Assembly: GCA_964016885.1 (NCBI GenBank)
Contig: OZ024761.1
Location: 14,074,001-14,138,000 of the forward strand
Length of the DNA: 64,000 bases
DNA from: Eledone cirrhosa
Taxonomy: Eukaryota
Direction: 5' to 3'
This document shows positions 13,780 to 26,266 of this stretch, piece after piece (position 1 is the first letter of the stretch; every line of letters starts with the position of its first letter). The position numbers and the translations under genes were made by a program. The notes under the pieces were generated by a model that was not told where the DNA came from, searched no databases, and worked only from the letters and a program-made list of their open reading frames with translations.

Positions 13780-14180
13780 GGGCAGTGGATTGGCAGTATC
13801 ACTAGAGGGTCGGACACCATGCTTTGCAGCAAAAGAGTTACGGCCCTTTATGATCTGAGTTCAAATCCCGCCGAGTTTAACTTTGCCTTTCATTCTTACG
13901 GGGTTGATAAAATAAAGTACCAGTAATACACTGGGGTAATTGCTGGCCTTGTGCTAAAAGTAGAAACAATTATTATTAGAGGTCAACTTTGCCATTCATC
14001 CTTAAGGGGTCGATAAAAGAAAGTACCAGTAATACACTGGGGGTAATTGCTGGCCTTGTGCTAAAAGTAGAAACAAATATTATTAGAGGTCAACTTTGCC
14101 TTTCATCCTTACAGGGTCGATAAAATAAAGTACCAGTAATACACTGGGGTAATTGCTGGCCTTGTACCAAATGTAGAAAC
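13780..14180 (+). mobile_element. tRNA-derived SINE plus two tandem 3' halves, just downstream of the GC donor
   Basis: Same family motifs as 9309-9497. Confidence 0.88.
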
Positions 14181-14193
14181 ATTTATTATGACT

Positions 14194-14195
<2 letters not shown>

Positions 14196-14229
<34 letters not shown>

Positions 14230-15695
14230 TTTCTGATTATGCAAGACACAATTAATCTCTGAATAGTGGTGGGTCCTGCCTGACAGCACTCCTTAGCTTC
14301 CCGCTCCATGTGTTTCTGTCCATTGGTCTGACTTGGGCTTGGCCAAGCCTAGCTTGATCTCAACGGACTTCCTCTATCCAAACCCTTTTTGGTCTTCCTG
14401 GGCCTCTGTTGCTTCCTGGATCAACATTCATCATTTTTGTTGATCCTGTTCTCACTGTGGTCAACATGGCTGTACCAGTGTCCTCCTGGGTCTCTGCTGA
14501 CCCCTAGATTGACACCACTTAGTTGATCCAGCCCTCACTGTGGTCAACATGGCCATACCAGTGTCTTCCTGGGTCTATACTGACCCCTAGATTGACACCA
14601 CTTTGTTGATCCAACCCTCACTACACTCAACATGGCCCTACCAGTGTTTTCCTGGCCCTCTACTGCCCCCTAGATTGACACCACTTTGTTGATCCTGGCC
14701 CTACCAGTGTCTTCCTGGGCCTCTACTGACCCCTAGATTGACACCACTTTGTTGATCCAACCCTCACTACACTCAACATGGCCCTACCAGTGTTTTCCTG
14801 GCCCTCTACTGCCCCCTAGATTGACACCACTTTGTTGATCCTGGCCCTACCAGTGTCTTCCTGGGCCTCTACTGACCCCTAGATTGACACCACTTTGTTG
14901 ATCCAACCCTCACTACACTCAACATGGCCCTACCAGTGTTTTCCTGGCCCTCTACTGCCCCCTAGATTGACACCACTTTGTTGATCCTGGCCCTACCAGT
15001 GTCTTCCTGGCCCTCTACTGCCCCCTAGATTGACACCACTTTGTTGATCCTGGCCCTACCAGTGTCTTCCTGGGCCTCTACTGACCCCTAGATTGACACC
15101 ACTTTGTTGATCCAACCCTCACTACACTCAACATGGCCCTACCAGTGTTTTCCTGGCCCTCTACTGCCCCCTAGATTGACACCACTTTGTTGATCCTGGC
15201 CCTACCAGTGTCTTCCTGGGCCTCTACTGACCCCTAGATTGACACCACTTTGTTGATCCTGGCCCTACCAGTGTCTTCCTGGGCCTCTACCGACCCCTAG
15301 ATTGACACCACTTTGTTGATCCTGGCCCTACCAGTGTCTTCCTGGGCCTCTACTGACCCCTAGATTGACACCACTTTGTTGATCCTGGCCCTACCAGTGT
15401 CTTCCTGGGCCTCTACTGACCCCTAGATTGACACCACTTTGTTGATCCTGCCCTCGCTACACTCAATATGACCATACCAACGCATGCTTCTTGTGTGAAG
15501 CCCATCCTCGAGGTCATCAATCAGCAGTCTTTTCGGGTGTCCAGTTGAGCCGACTCGAACCTTACTGGCCACACTGCTACATCCAGTGGATCATAGCTCT
15601 GTCATTTCTTCCGAGCTGATTCAGCCAGTCAGAGGACATAGCCCAGATGTTGCTGGGGTGGAGTAACATGCTTCTCACACAGGCATTCATTGTAA
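14196..15695 (-). mobile_element. Degenerate RTE-clade LINE 3' fragment with (GAT)n tail, containing a minisatellite
   Basis: Minus strand reads NACVRSMLLH..RNDRAMIHWM..RWYGHIE..RGPGRPKRVWIEEV..DRNTW. Confidence 0.75.
14440..15480. repeat. Minisatellite with 56/72-bp unit variants (ccctagattgacaccactttgttgatcc...)
   Basis: About 15 tandem units. Confidence 0.93.
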
Positions 15696-15710
15696 GTTTC
15701 TTATTATTAG

Positions 15711-16505
15711 TGGCAGTGGATTGACAGTATTGGTAGAGCATTGGACATGCTTTGTGGCATATAGCTGCATCCCTTTATGCTCAGAGTTCAGTGCCCCGCC
15801 GGGGTTGATAAAATATAAAGTATCCCTAATGCACTGCAGTCAATTTGATCGACTTTCCCCTCCCCACGAAAAATTGTTGGCCTTGTGTCTAAATTAGAAA
15901 GCATTTGGCAGTATCAGTAGAGGGTTGGACGCCATGCTTTCCAGCATAGTTACGTCCCTTTATGATCTGAGTTCAAATCCCGCCGAGGTTGACTTTGCCT
16001 TTCATCCTTACGGGGTCGATAAAATAAAGTACCAGTAATGCACTGGATAATTGCTGGCCTTGTGCCTAAAGTAGAAACAATTATTATTATTATTATTATA
16101 TAAATAATGGATAAATAAAGAAATCATTATTATTATTATTATTTACCTCCCTTTATGATCCATAAAGTTACCTCCCTTTATGATCTGAGTTCAAATCCCG
16201 CCAAGGTTAACTTTGCCTTTCATCCTTATGGAGTCGATAAAATAAAGTACCAGTCACGCACTGGGCTGATTTAATCGACTTTCCCCTCCACCCAAATTAC
16301 TGGTCTTGTGCATATATAAGAAACCATGAATTGGCAGTATCGGTAGAGGGTTGGCTTATGCTTTCCAGCATAGTTACGTCCCTTTACGATCTGAGTTCAA
16401 TTCCCGCTGAGGTTAACTTTGCCTTTCATCCTTACGGGGCCGATAAAATAAAGTACCAGTAATGCACTGGGGTAATTGCTGGCCTTGTGCCAAAAAGTAA
16501 AAACA
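15711..16505 (+). mobile_element. Cluster of about four tRNA-derived SINE copies
   Basis: Repeated gagttcaaatcccgc..ctttgcctttcatcc..gataaaataaagtaccagt. Confidence 0.88.
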
Positions 16506-16649
16506 TTATCATTGTTGTTTTTTGATAATTACCGGATCTTCTGCTGCCTGTCAATTACTCAATAATGATCTTAGAGTATTTTTCAGGAGTGTTTGTGCCA
16601 TGCTCAACAGGTTAAATTTTTGTAGGGGAGTAATTTGTGATTAGAGATC

Positions 16650-16940
16650 AATTAGTTCAAGACATCCTCTTAGTTTAAGTGGTATTGAGCCCAAATATCT
16701 GATGACAACTGGATTTGAGCTCAATTTGTTCAAGACATCTCAGTTTAAATGGTATTGAGCCCAAATCTCTGATGACAACTGGATTTGAGCTCAATTTGTT
16801 CAAGACATTTCAGTTTAAATGGTATTGAGCCCAAATCTGTGATGACAACTGGAGTTAGAGCTCCTTCTCAGTTTAAATGGTATTGAGCCCAAATCTGTGA
16901 TGACAACTGGAGTTAGAGCTCAATTTGTTCAAGACATCTT
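16650..16940. repeat. ~70-bp tandem repeat (4 copies)
   Basis: agtttaaatggtattgagcccaaatct.tgatgacaactgga repeated. Confidence 0.88.
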
Positions 16941-17088
16941 GAAAATCATAAGCAATGTTATTTCATAAGAAATATGGTAACAAAACGAGTGAATAAGCGA
17001 AATAATGAGCAACTTTATCTGTGAGTTACCTTAATGTTTGGATATGATCCTCGTCTTATGTGTTTCTCTCATTGTATATTTCTTGCAG

Positions 17089-17226
17089 ATAATAATGGAA
17101 ACCCAGCAAGCTAGGCAGACATTAGCAGATATCGAGGCCCGACATGAAGATATTATCAAATTAGAAAATAGTATAAGGGAACTACATGATATGTTTATGG
17201 ACATGGCTATGTTAGTAGAGAGCCAG
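17089..17226 (+). CDS. STX1A: Syntaxin-1 exon, N-terminal part of the Qa SNARE (H3) helix: [46 protein letters not shown]
   Basis: Near-identical to the syntaxin-1 H3 domain. Acceptor tttcttgcAG, donor CAG|GTATGG, 138 nt, phase 0/0. Confidence 0.97.
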
Positions 17227-17379
17227 GTATGGACAAGTTTAAATATCATCTCTATATATGTGTGAGTATATATATGTATATATATATATATAAATATTTA
17301 CACATATTCTTATATATATATGTGTATGTGTGTGTGTATATATATATATAAATATTTACACATATTCTTATATATATAT

Positions 17380-17424
<45 letters not shown>

Positions 17425-17536
17425 AATATTTACACATATTCTTGTATATGTGTGTGTGTATGTAAATCTAAGTGCATGTGTGTGTTTGTATGTATTTGAT
17501 ACAACCATATAGTTAACCACTTCCTACTTGTGTTGG

Positions 17537-17582
<46 letters not shown>

Positions 17583-17677
17583 TGTATAGAAGGAGCTTCT
17601 ACAGGACTAGTACTGTTTCATTCATGTATTGAGTACCTTACTTACTGTGGTTATCCCCGACTCAACCCGGGACCTAC

Positions 17678-17737
<60 letters not shown>

Positions 17738-18351
17738 TGATGAGCAGAACAAACAAACATTAAACAATCCTTTAAAAAAATTAAAAAATGATTTAAATAT
17801 CTACCTAATGGAAACCGCTGGTAATAACATTATGAACAGGTAGATATTTAAATCATTTTTTAATTTATTTAAAGGATTGTTTAATGTTTGTTTGTTCTGC
17901 TCATCAATTTTTATAGTTCTGGTATCTCGAATTAGTACCATAGAACAACAATTATATTATAGACACCCTATATATCTCTATGGGTACTTAGTACTCAGTG
18001 AGATATTTACCTCATTTTTATATATATATATATATACTCATGATAATCACCAACAGGTCCTTCCTGTTCCTGTAACCATGCCCATTCCGAGCTGAGGATC
18101 CGCTAAGGTGAAACAATTGTTCTTGGTATGGTGAACTAACCATTGTGTAACCACTTCGATATATATATATAAACCGCAGAGCAAGTATTTATTAAACAGA
18201 TTAAAGTTTAAGCAAAGAATTGCTGCTTTCATCCTTCACGGGATCTTCTGAAACTCAGTCTCAGAAGATCCCGTTGAGGGTGAAAGCAGCAATTCTTTGC
18301 TTAAAGTTTAATCTGTTATTTTAATATATATATATATATATGGAGGCACAT

Positions 18352-18692
18352 GGAGGCACATGGCTTAGTGGTTAGAGCATTGGGCTTGCAATCGAAAGGT
18401 TGTGAGTTCAATTCCCAGACCGGGTGATGTGTTGTTCCTTGAGCAAGACACTTTATTTCACATTGCTCCAGTTTACTCAGCTGTAGAAATGAGATGATAG
18501 GGACTGGGGTCCATATCATTCCACTGCAAAGTGGTCGTGGAGGTGCCACTGCACAAAGCACCCAGCACTCACTGTAAATGAGGTTGGTGTTAGGAAGGGC
18601 ATCCAGCTGTAGAAATCAAGCCAGAATCAGTTCCCGTCCCACCCTTGCAAGCAGGGAAAAGTGGACATAAAGTGAAATGATGATGATGATGA
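18352..18692 (+). mobile_element. tRNA-headed CORE-like SINE with an RTE-type tail
   Basis: A box tggcttagtgg, B box gagttcaattcc, core ccttgagcaagacacttt..ccagtttactcagctgtagaaatg. Related copies at 23480-23700 (+), 26465-26630 (+) and 29030-29320 (-). Confidence 0.8.
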
Positions 18693-18746
18693 TATATCAT
18701 CATCATCATCGTTTAACGTCCATCTTCTATGCTAACATGGGTTAGA

Positions 18747-18792
<46 letters not shown>

Positions 18793-19300
18793 TCATCATC
18801 ATCGTTTAACGTCTAATCTTCCACGCTAGTATGGGTTAGACGGGAGTTGTCCCACTGTAGGCAAGGTTGGTCGGGTGACAGTATCTCGCTCATATAGGAC
18901 TATCTGGCAGGTTTTCTACGGCTGGATGCCCGTCCCAACACCAACCACGTTTACAGTGTGGACTGGGAACTTTTTACCGTGTTACCTACACGGCCACATT
19001 ACAGCGTGGACTGTGTGTGTTTTTTTTGTCGTGACACCTACACGACCTCATTTATTTAGGACTGGATGTTGTGGTTCCGACATAACTTTATAGAGAAAAG
19101 GGGTGGTGTTGGCAGGAGTGGGAGCATGGAGTGGAGTAGTGGGTTGGGGTGTATGTTTGGTTTGGAGGGACCTACTGACTGTAGGTTAATTTTGCACGGA
19201 GGGAAGGCGGGTATGATATAACATAATTTCTGTCACCACCACCACCACCACCACCACCACCTTCTCTCTCTCTTCTCTTTCATGTCTGTGATGATCTCAG

Positions 19301-19411
19301 GGTGAAATGATTGATAGGATAGAATATAATGTTGAAGCAGCAGTCGACTATATAGAGACAGCAAAAATGGATACAAGGAAAGCTGTGAAATACCAAAGCA
19401 AAGCCAGACAA
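19301..19411 (+). CDS. STX1A: Syntaxin-1 exon, C-terminal SNARE helix and juxtamembrane: [37 protein letters not shown]
   Basis: Hallmark [12 protein letters not shown] and [10 protein letters not shown] motifs. Acceptor tctcAG, donor CAA|GTAAGA, 111 nt, phase 0/0. Confidence 0.97.
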
Positions 19412-19563
19412 GTAAGATCACTTTTATTTTCCTTCTTTCTTTCCTCCTTTCTTTCTTTCTTTCTTCATCAGACTAATGGATCTCTTCTTTTAGCTGTTTT
19501 CTTTCCATTTCTCTTTTCTGGATCATTTTTCTATATAATTCTATATAATATAAGTAATGCAAT

Positions 19564-19663
<100 letters not shown>

Positions 19664-20057
19664 CATCATCATACGTCCGCTTTTCCCTGCTTTCAAGGGT
19701 GGGACGATATATATATATATATGACCCTCCCAAAGTATAACACTATATCATCATCATCATCATCATCATCATCACCGTTTTACGTCCGTTCTTCCACGCT
19801 AGCACCCGTCTAACCCATGCTAGCGTGGAAGAACGGACGTAAAACGGTGATGATGATGATGATGATATATTGTTATACTTTGGGAGGGTCATGTTGCCAA
19901 TAACAAACAGTAATGCACTGGGTAATTGCTGGCCTTGTGCCTAAAGTAGAAACAATTATTTGTGGTATATAAATGTTGAGTGTTGGTGAAATAACTTACT
20001 GCCACTACAGGGATTGAAGATTCAAGACGTTAGCGGTATGTCGTATAACCAATCGCT

Positions 20058-20128
20058 TATATATTTTATCTGATGAAAACGTACTGAAACACCATTGTAC
20101 CTTTGAAATATGTATAATAAAATATATA
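20058..20128 (+). ncRNA. Type I hammerhead ribozyme (family A) in the last syntaxin intron; predicted cleavage after 20116
   Basis: tatatattttat CTGATGA aaa c gtac-loop-gtac c ttt GAAA tatgta TA ataaaatatata; perfect 12-bp stem I. Confidence 0.85.
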
Positions 20129-20253
20129 CTTTGGTTATGAGAATATTTCTCATTTATTAATATTTTGAATAATATTATACATACTCCGGATAAATCCTGT
20201 TGAGTGCTTCTAACCTATTGTAAAATAATCAACGGACCATATAAACTTTTAGT

Positions 20254-20269
20254 TATATATGTATATATA

Positions 20270-20330
<61 letters not shown>

Positions 20331-21098
20331 ATATATATGTATGTGTATATATATATATATATGTATGTGTATGTATATATATATATATATGTGTGTGTGT
20401 ATATATATATATGTGTGTATGTATATATATATATATGTGTATGTATATATATATATATATATATATGTGTATGTATATATGTATGTGTATGTATATATAT
20501 ATATATATATATGTGTATGTATATATATATATATATATATGTGTATATATATATATATATGTGTATGTATATATATATATATATGTGTGTGTATGTATAT
20601 ATATATATATGTGTATATATATATATGTGTGTATGTATATATATATATATGTGTATATATATATGTATGTATATATATATATGTATGTATATATATATAT
20701 ATGTGTGTGTATGTATATATATATATATGTGTATATATGTATGTATATATATATATATCTATGTATATATATATATATGTGTATGTATATATGTATGTAT
20801 GTGTATGTATATATATATATATGTATGTATATATATATATATGTGTGTATGTATATATATATGTATGTGTATGTATATATATATGTATGTGTATGTATAT
20901 ATATATATGTGTATGTATATATGTATATATATGTGTATATATATATATATATATGTGTATGTATATATATATATGTGTATGTATATATATATATGTATGT
21001 GTATGTATATATGTATATATGTATGTACATATATATATGTATATAGATATATATATTTATATATGTATATAGATATATATATTTATATATGTATATAT
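20254..21098. repeat. (TA)n/(TATG)n compound microsatellite
   Basis: Directly visible. Confidence 0.95.
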
Positions 21099-21357
21099 AG
21101 TTTGGCAGCAAATATTGAACAGAATTTATGATGACGTAAGAAAAACAAGAGCCAATAGCAAGACAAGAGAGGAAGATGTTTTTTGAAACTAACACCCCAT
21201 TGAGAAAGTTTGTTCTGAAAGTATTGCATGTGTCCGAAGAACCCACAGTTCTAGAATCAGACAGATCCACACAATGACCATGTCTCGAGCTATCTGACAG
21301 CGAAACAATTGTAACCCACAATAAACTGAGTCCAGATGCATCACTGATTTTTCGTTT

Positions 21358-21402
<45 letters not shown>

Positions 21403-21423
21403 CTAAATAATGAGTCTTGTTTC

Positions 21424-21537
<114 letters not shown>

Positions 21538-21549
21538 TTAATATAGAAG

Positions 21550-21600
21550 AGATTCTACAGGACTAGAACTGTTTCATTTGTGAGAAATCATCAGGAATCT
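21550..21600 (-). ncRNA. Type I hammerhead ribozyme (family C)
   Basis: Minus strand: agattc CTGATGA tttctcacaaat GAAA cag-ttctagtc-ctg TA gaatct. Stems I and III are perfect, stem II is weak. Confidence 0.7.
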
Positions 21601-22959
21601 GACTTTCCAAGTAAATATGGTGGTATTTATATCTTTTCTGGTGGTAGGAGAGGGTGGGGAGTGGGATGGGTGGAGGTCATTGGTTGAAAGAAAAGGGAAT
21701 TCATTAAAAGCTAATTCTTTAAAGCTATAATTTATATTTAGAGTGACAAAGGCAGAAAGAATTCTATAAACAAGTTCGAATTGGAGTGCCACTCCTTATA
21801 TATATATATATAAATAAATATATATATATATATATATCCAAATTTTAAACATTTGACTTATTTATTTTATTTTATTTTATATATATATACATATATATAA
21901 TGAAGGCTTAACCATTCGTCCTTGTATCAATATAATACACTCCGTATAGCTCCACACCTCGCTACTGAAGTGAACCTACACATCAAGTGCTCACCTGGGT
22001 GAACCTACAGTAACTTCATGTTACACTCCCTGATTATATATATATATTTGAAAAGGGAAGTAAGGTTCTATATAAAACAGTAGTTATAGAGAAAACAGAC
22101 CCTTAAATATATTTTCAATGCTATTTCCAATCTCACCTTTTCTTTCTCTCTCTCTCTCTCTATATATATATACAATATATATATATAATAGTAGATCACT
22201 GGTGGGATATATCTGTAGTAGTAGAGCACTCAGTCCATGGGATGAGTTTGGTAGAAGTAGTTCCACAACAGTTAGTTCACCATTTCCGTACCTTGTTCAA
22301 ACAGAACTGTAATTTGGCCGGGATTTTTACAGTTGGATGCCCTTCTTAGCACCAACCACGTTACAGTGCAGAACTGGATGGCACCGTTATGAGGAGGGTC
22401 TGGCCAGTTGACTGTGCTGTACCCTGTTCACATTGGTACGGTAGTTTGGGAGACGGGTGGTCCCACTATGAGAGAAAGGTCAGTATTGGTAAAGTGTTGG
22501 ATAACATGCTTTGCAGCATATAGTTACGGCCCCTTACATTCCGAGTTCAAATCCCGCCAAGGTTAGCTTTGCCTTTCATCCATACAGAATTGATAAAATA
22601 CACTACCAGTAACACACTGGGGCCAATTTAATCAACTTTTCTCTTCTCCACAATTTTTGGCCTTGTGCCTAAATCAGAAACAATTATGTAATACTATTAT
22701 CTATTTACCTTCAGAATCTCTAATTCTCAGTCGAAATTCTAGAAAATTCTCTTTTGGAATTTCTTACAACTGAATAAAATAGTTGTTCTCTTTTCTTTTC
22801 TTTCTATTTTTATCCTATTTATTGTATTTTATTCTTCCTCCTTTTTCGTCATTAATCATCATTTTTTAATGACTGTCCTTAAATCTTCAGCTTTTAGCCA
22901 TCATTTTTATAAACCTCCTCTTTAACTATCATCTTTTAATTACTAGCTTTGAATTGTGA

Positions 22960-23460
22960 TCTTTTAACCATCATGTTCTTTAACCATCATCTTTCATCAA
23001 CATGCTGTTTAACCATCATCTTTTAATCATCATGTTTAACCATCATTTGTTAATCCTCTTTGATCTTCAGCTTTTGCTTTCATGTTTAATCACGTTGTTT
23101 AACCATCATATTTAGTCATCATCTTTTATCTTCAGCTTTGTTAACCTTTGTGTTTAAACTTCATTTTAAACCATCATCTTTAATCCTTGTCTTTAACCAT
23201 CATGTTTAACCATCATCTTTAATCCTTGTCTTTAACCATCATGTTTAACCATCATCTTTAATCCTTGTCTGCCATCTTTTATCTTCAGCTTTGATAACTT
23301 TCGTTTAATCCATGCCTTTAATCATTAATTTTTACCTTTAACCATCCTATTAAACTATCATACTTAATAACCTTTGTGTTTAAACCTTGCCTTTAACCAT
23401 TAATGTTTGCCTTTAACCATCATAGTTACTCTCCTTGTTTAAATCACATCTTTAATCCTG
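22960..23460. repeat. Degenerate tttaaccatcatc tandem repeat
   Basis: Directly visible. Confidence 0.8.
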
Positions 23461-24810
23461 TTTTATTAAAGTATATATGTAAGTCGTGTGGCTGAGTGGT
23501 AAGAGAATTGGATTCACAATCGTGAGGTTGTGATTTCGATTCTCGGACTGGGTGATGCGTTATGTCCTTCAGCAAGACACTTTATTTCACATTGGTACTT
23601 CTACCTGGGGTTGCAACCGATAGATAATATTAGCAAATGTAAAGACCCATGGAAACATTGTTTCCTCGGTCCGATTTGACGAATGTCGATCGACTGACAG
23701 TATGTGTGTGTGACAGTGTGCCTGTCTATACCTAACAGTGCTCAGTTCCATCTATCAACTCTTTAGCATTTACATTACTCTATATTTACTATTGTTTTCA
23801 TGGTAAAGGCTTTACCTCACATAATATCTCACATAGTATTTACATTACTCTATATATACTATTGTATTTTCACGGTAAAGGCTTTACCTCACATAATATC
23901 AAATCTACAAGATTTTGATATTATTTATTTTGAGAACAATTCTTTAACATAAGTATAAGCAGTTGGTTATGGCCGGTTTGAATAGAAAGAGGTGAGGGAA
24001 TGCTGGTCGGATATGGCTGGTTTAAATGCTAAAGGGTTAAGTTGGCATTTTGAACATAACTTAACAAAGTTTTTTACATATAATTATGATGCAAGGTTTT
24101 TTAGGTAAACATAAACAGTTTAACTCTTTCGTTAGCATATTTCTAATAAAAGACTGCTGTATAATTTTCAAATTCTTTTGAAAATAGTCAAGAATTTGGA
24201 GGGATTTAGTAATATAAATTTCTTGTTATTAAGCTGATATTTGGTGCATAACTTAACATTAATTCTTACATAAAATTATGGTGGAATGTTTTTAGATAAA
24301 TATAAATACTTTAAAATAAACATTGTATTGTAAAGCCAAGAGCAGTCACAGGAAGCCTAGAATCAAAAGCATGAAATTCACTTGTATAAACACTGAGTAC
24401 CACGTTACTTTGAAATACTTCTTTAATCAAATCTCTCAATTAAATTGTGCGAAACCCTTTTGCTGGTTTGAGAGCTGATGAGGGTGAAGATGTGTGTGTG
24501 AAAACTTGTCTTGTACATCGCCTTTCTTTATTTCCTTTTTCCAGTCACTTCTGTGTGTCAACACACTCCTCCTGGGCCTCCTCTTCTTTCAGTCATTTCT
24601 ATATTTCATCTGCCTGTCACCTATCTTATGGATTGTCTTTCTGTGGTCTACCGGCTGCTGATCTCTGTCCTCTGAGGCAATCTTACACATCACTGTCTTT
24701 GACAGCATTTAGCTGTTTTAACGGCTGTTCTAGTAATGAGGTTTCTCATTTTTATATGCATTCAAATACACTCTCGCTTCATCTCAGTCAGAGACAACAT
24801 TGTTTATTCA

Positions 24811-24991
24811 CGGTGGATTGGCAGTATCGGTAGAGGGTCGGACGCCATGCTTTCCAGCATAGTTACGTCCCTTTACGATCTGAGTTCAAATTCCGCCGAG
24901 GTTGACTTTGCCTTTCATCCTTACGGGGTCGATAAAATAAAGTACCAGTAATGCACTGGGTAATTGCTGGCCTTGTGCCTAAAGTAGAAAC

Positions 24992-24995
<4 letters not shown>
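24811..24995 (+). mobile_element. Full-length tRNA-derived SINE
   Basis: Nearly identical to 15905-16080 and 57571-57748. Confidence 0.9.
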
Positions 24996-25025
<30 letters not shown>

Positions 25026-25510
25026 AGAAAATTATGATGGACGATCAAAAGGTAAAGTTAATCTTTATCCCTTTTGTAATATCATTATAAGTACCAGTAA
25101 TGCTCTGGGTAATTGCTGGCCTTGTGCCAAACGTAGAAACAATTATAAACATTTTAATTTCTTCTGATGATTCTAGATCGAGATGTATCTATAGATGATT
25201 TCAGATCGAATTTAATTATAATCTGTAAACCCACCTTGGATTTCTTTATCTATCATAGTTGAAACATTATGTAAGAGCATGTCCCCCTATGAATTCATGA
25301 TATAATACTTATATTTTTGATATATATATATATATTAAGGGAGACCTGACTGTAACCCTGTCCCTCACTCTAACTCAAACTCTAGCCCTAACAAACTCTA
25401 ACGCTAAACCTAACACAATTAATCCAGCAAATCAGACAAGATATTTTCATTTTTTTTTATAACCTACATTACCATGCACTCAAGAAATTACCTATTTGTA
25501 TATAATTATA

Positions 25511-25590
25511 TAGGGTGTCCTCAAAAAAATGTATACATATATTTATTAGAATGCTGTTAAAGTATGTATAAATCTTTTTCAGACACCCTG
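25511..25590. mobile_element. 80-bp Tc1-type MITE
   Basis: TA|tagggtgtc...gacaccctg|TA terminal inverted repeats. Confidence 0.65.
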
Positions 25591-25700
25591 TATAAACATG
25601 TCCTAATAATTGTGGCTTTTGCATGTTTCCCCAGCATAGCTACATTCTTCTCATTTTTATTTTATTTCTCTCTCTTAATATTTAATTGATGTTGCTTTAT

Positions 25701-26266
25701 TTAACCCTTTAGCCTTTAAACCGACCATATCCGGCCAGAATTCTCTCAACTCTTTCTGTTCAAACCGGCTGTAACTGGCCACTCATACTGATGTTAAGGT
25801 ATTGTTCTCAAAATAAATAACATTGAAATCTCATAGATTTGATATTATGCAAGATAATTATGCGAGGTAAAGCCTTTACCGCGAAAATACAATGGTATAT
25901 ATAGAGTAATGTAAATGCTAAAGGCTTAACCCATCCATATCTTCTCATTCAGTTATTCACTCTATAGCTATTTGTTAAAATTATTATTATATTTTTTTCA
26001 CTCAATAATATAATTTTGCATGCGTTAACCCTCCCCTTTAACCCTTTAACATTTACATTACTCTATATATACTATCGTATTTTTGTGGTAAAGGCTTTAC
26101 CTTACATAATTATCTCACATAATATTGAATATACAAGATTTTGATATTATTTATTTTGAGAACAATACCTTAACATCAGTATAAGTGGCTAGTTACAGCC
26201 TGTTTGAACAGAAAGAGGTGAGAGAATTCTGGCCGGATACAGCTAGTTTAAATGTTAAAGGGTTAA
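25701..26266. mobile_element. Two oppositely oriented piggyBac-type MITEs (25701-25929 and 26038-26266)
   Basis: TTAA|CCCTTTAG..CTAAAGG(G)|TTAA ends. Further copies at ~23757-24040 and 34734-34948. Confidence 0.75.

Noticed and set aside
14440-15480. CRISPR-like appearance of regular repeats (also 1190-2225 and 32030-32310)
   Set aside because: No unique spacers, no cas genes and a eukaryotic context; these are minisatellites.
16689-16780. CTGATGA in the 70-bp tandem repeat as tandem hammerheads
   Set aside because: No GAAA, stem III or NUH follows within the unit.
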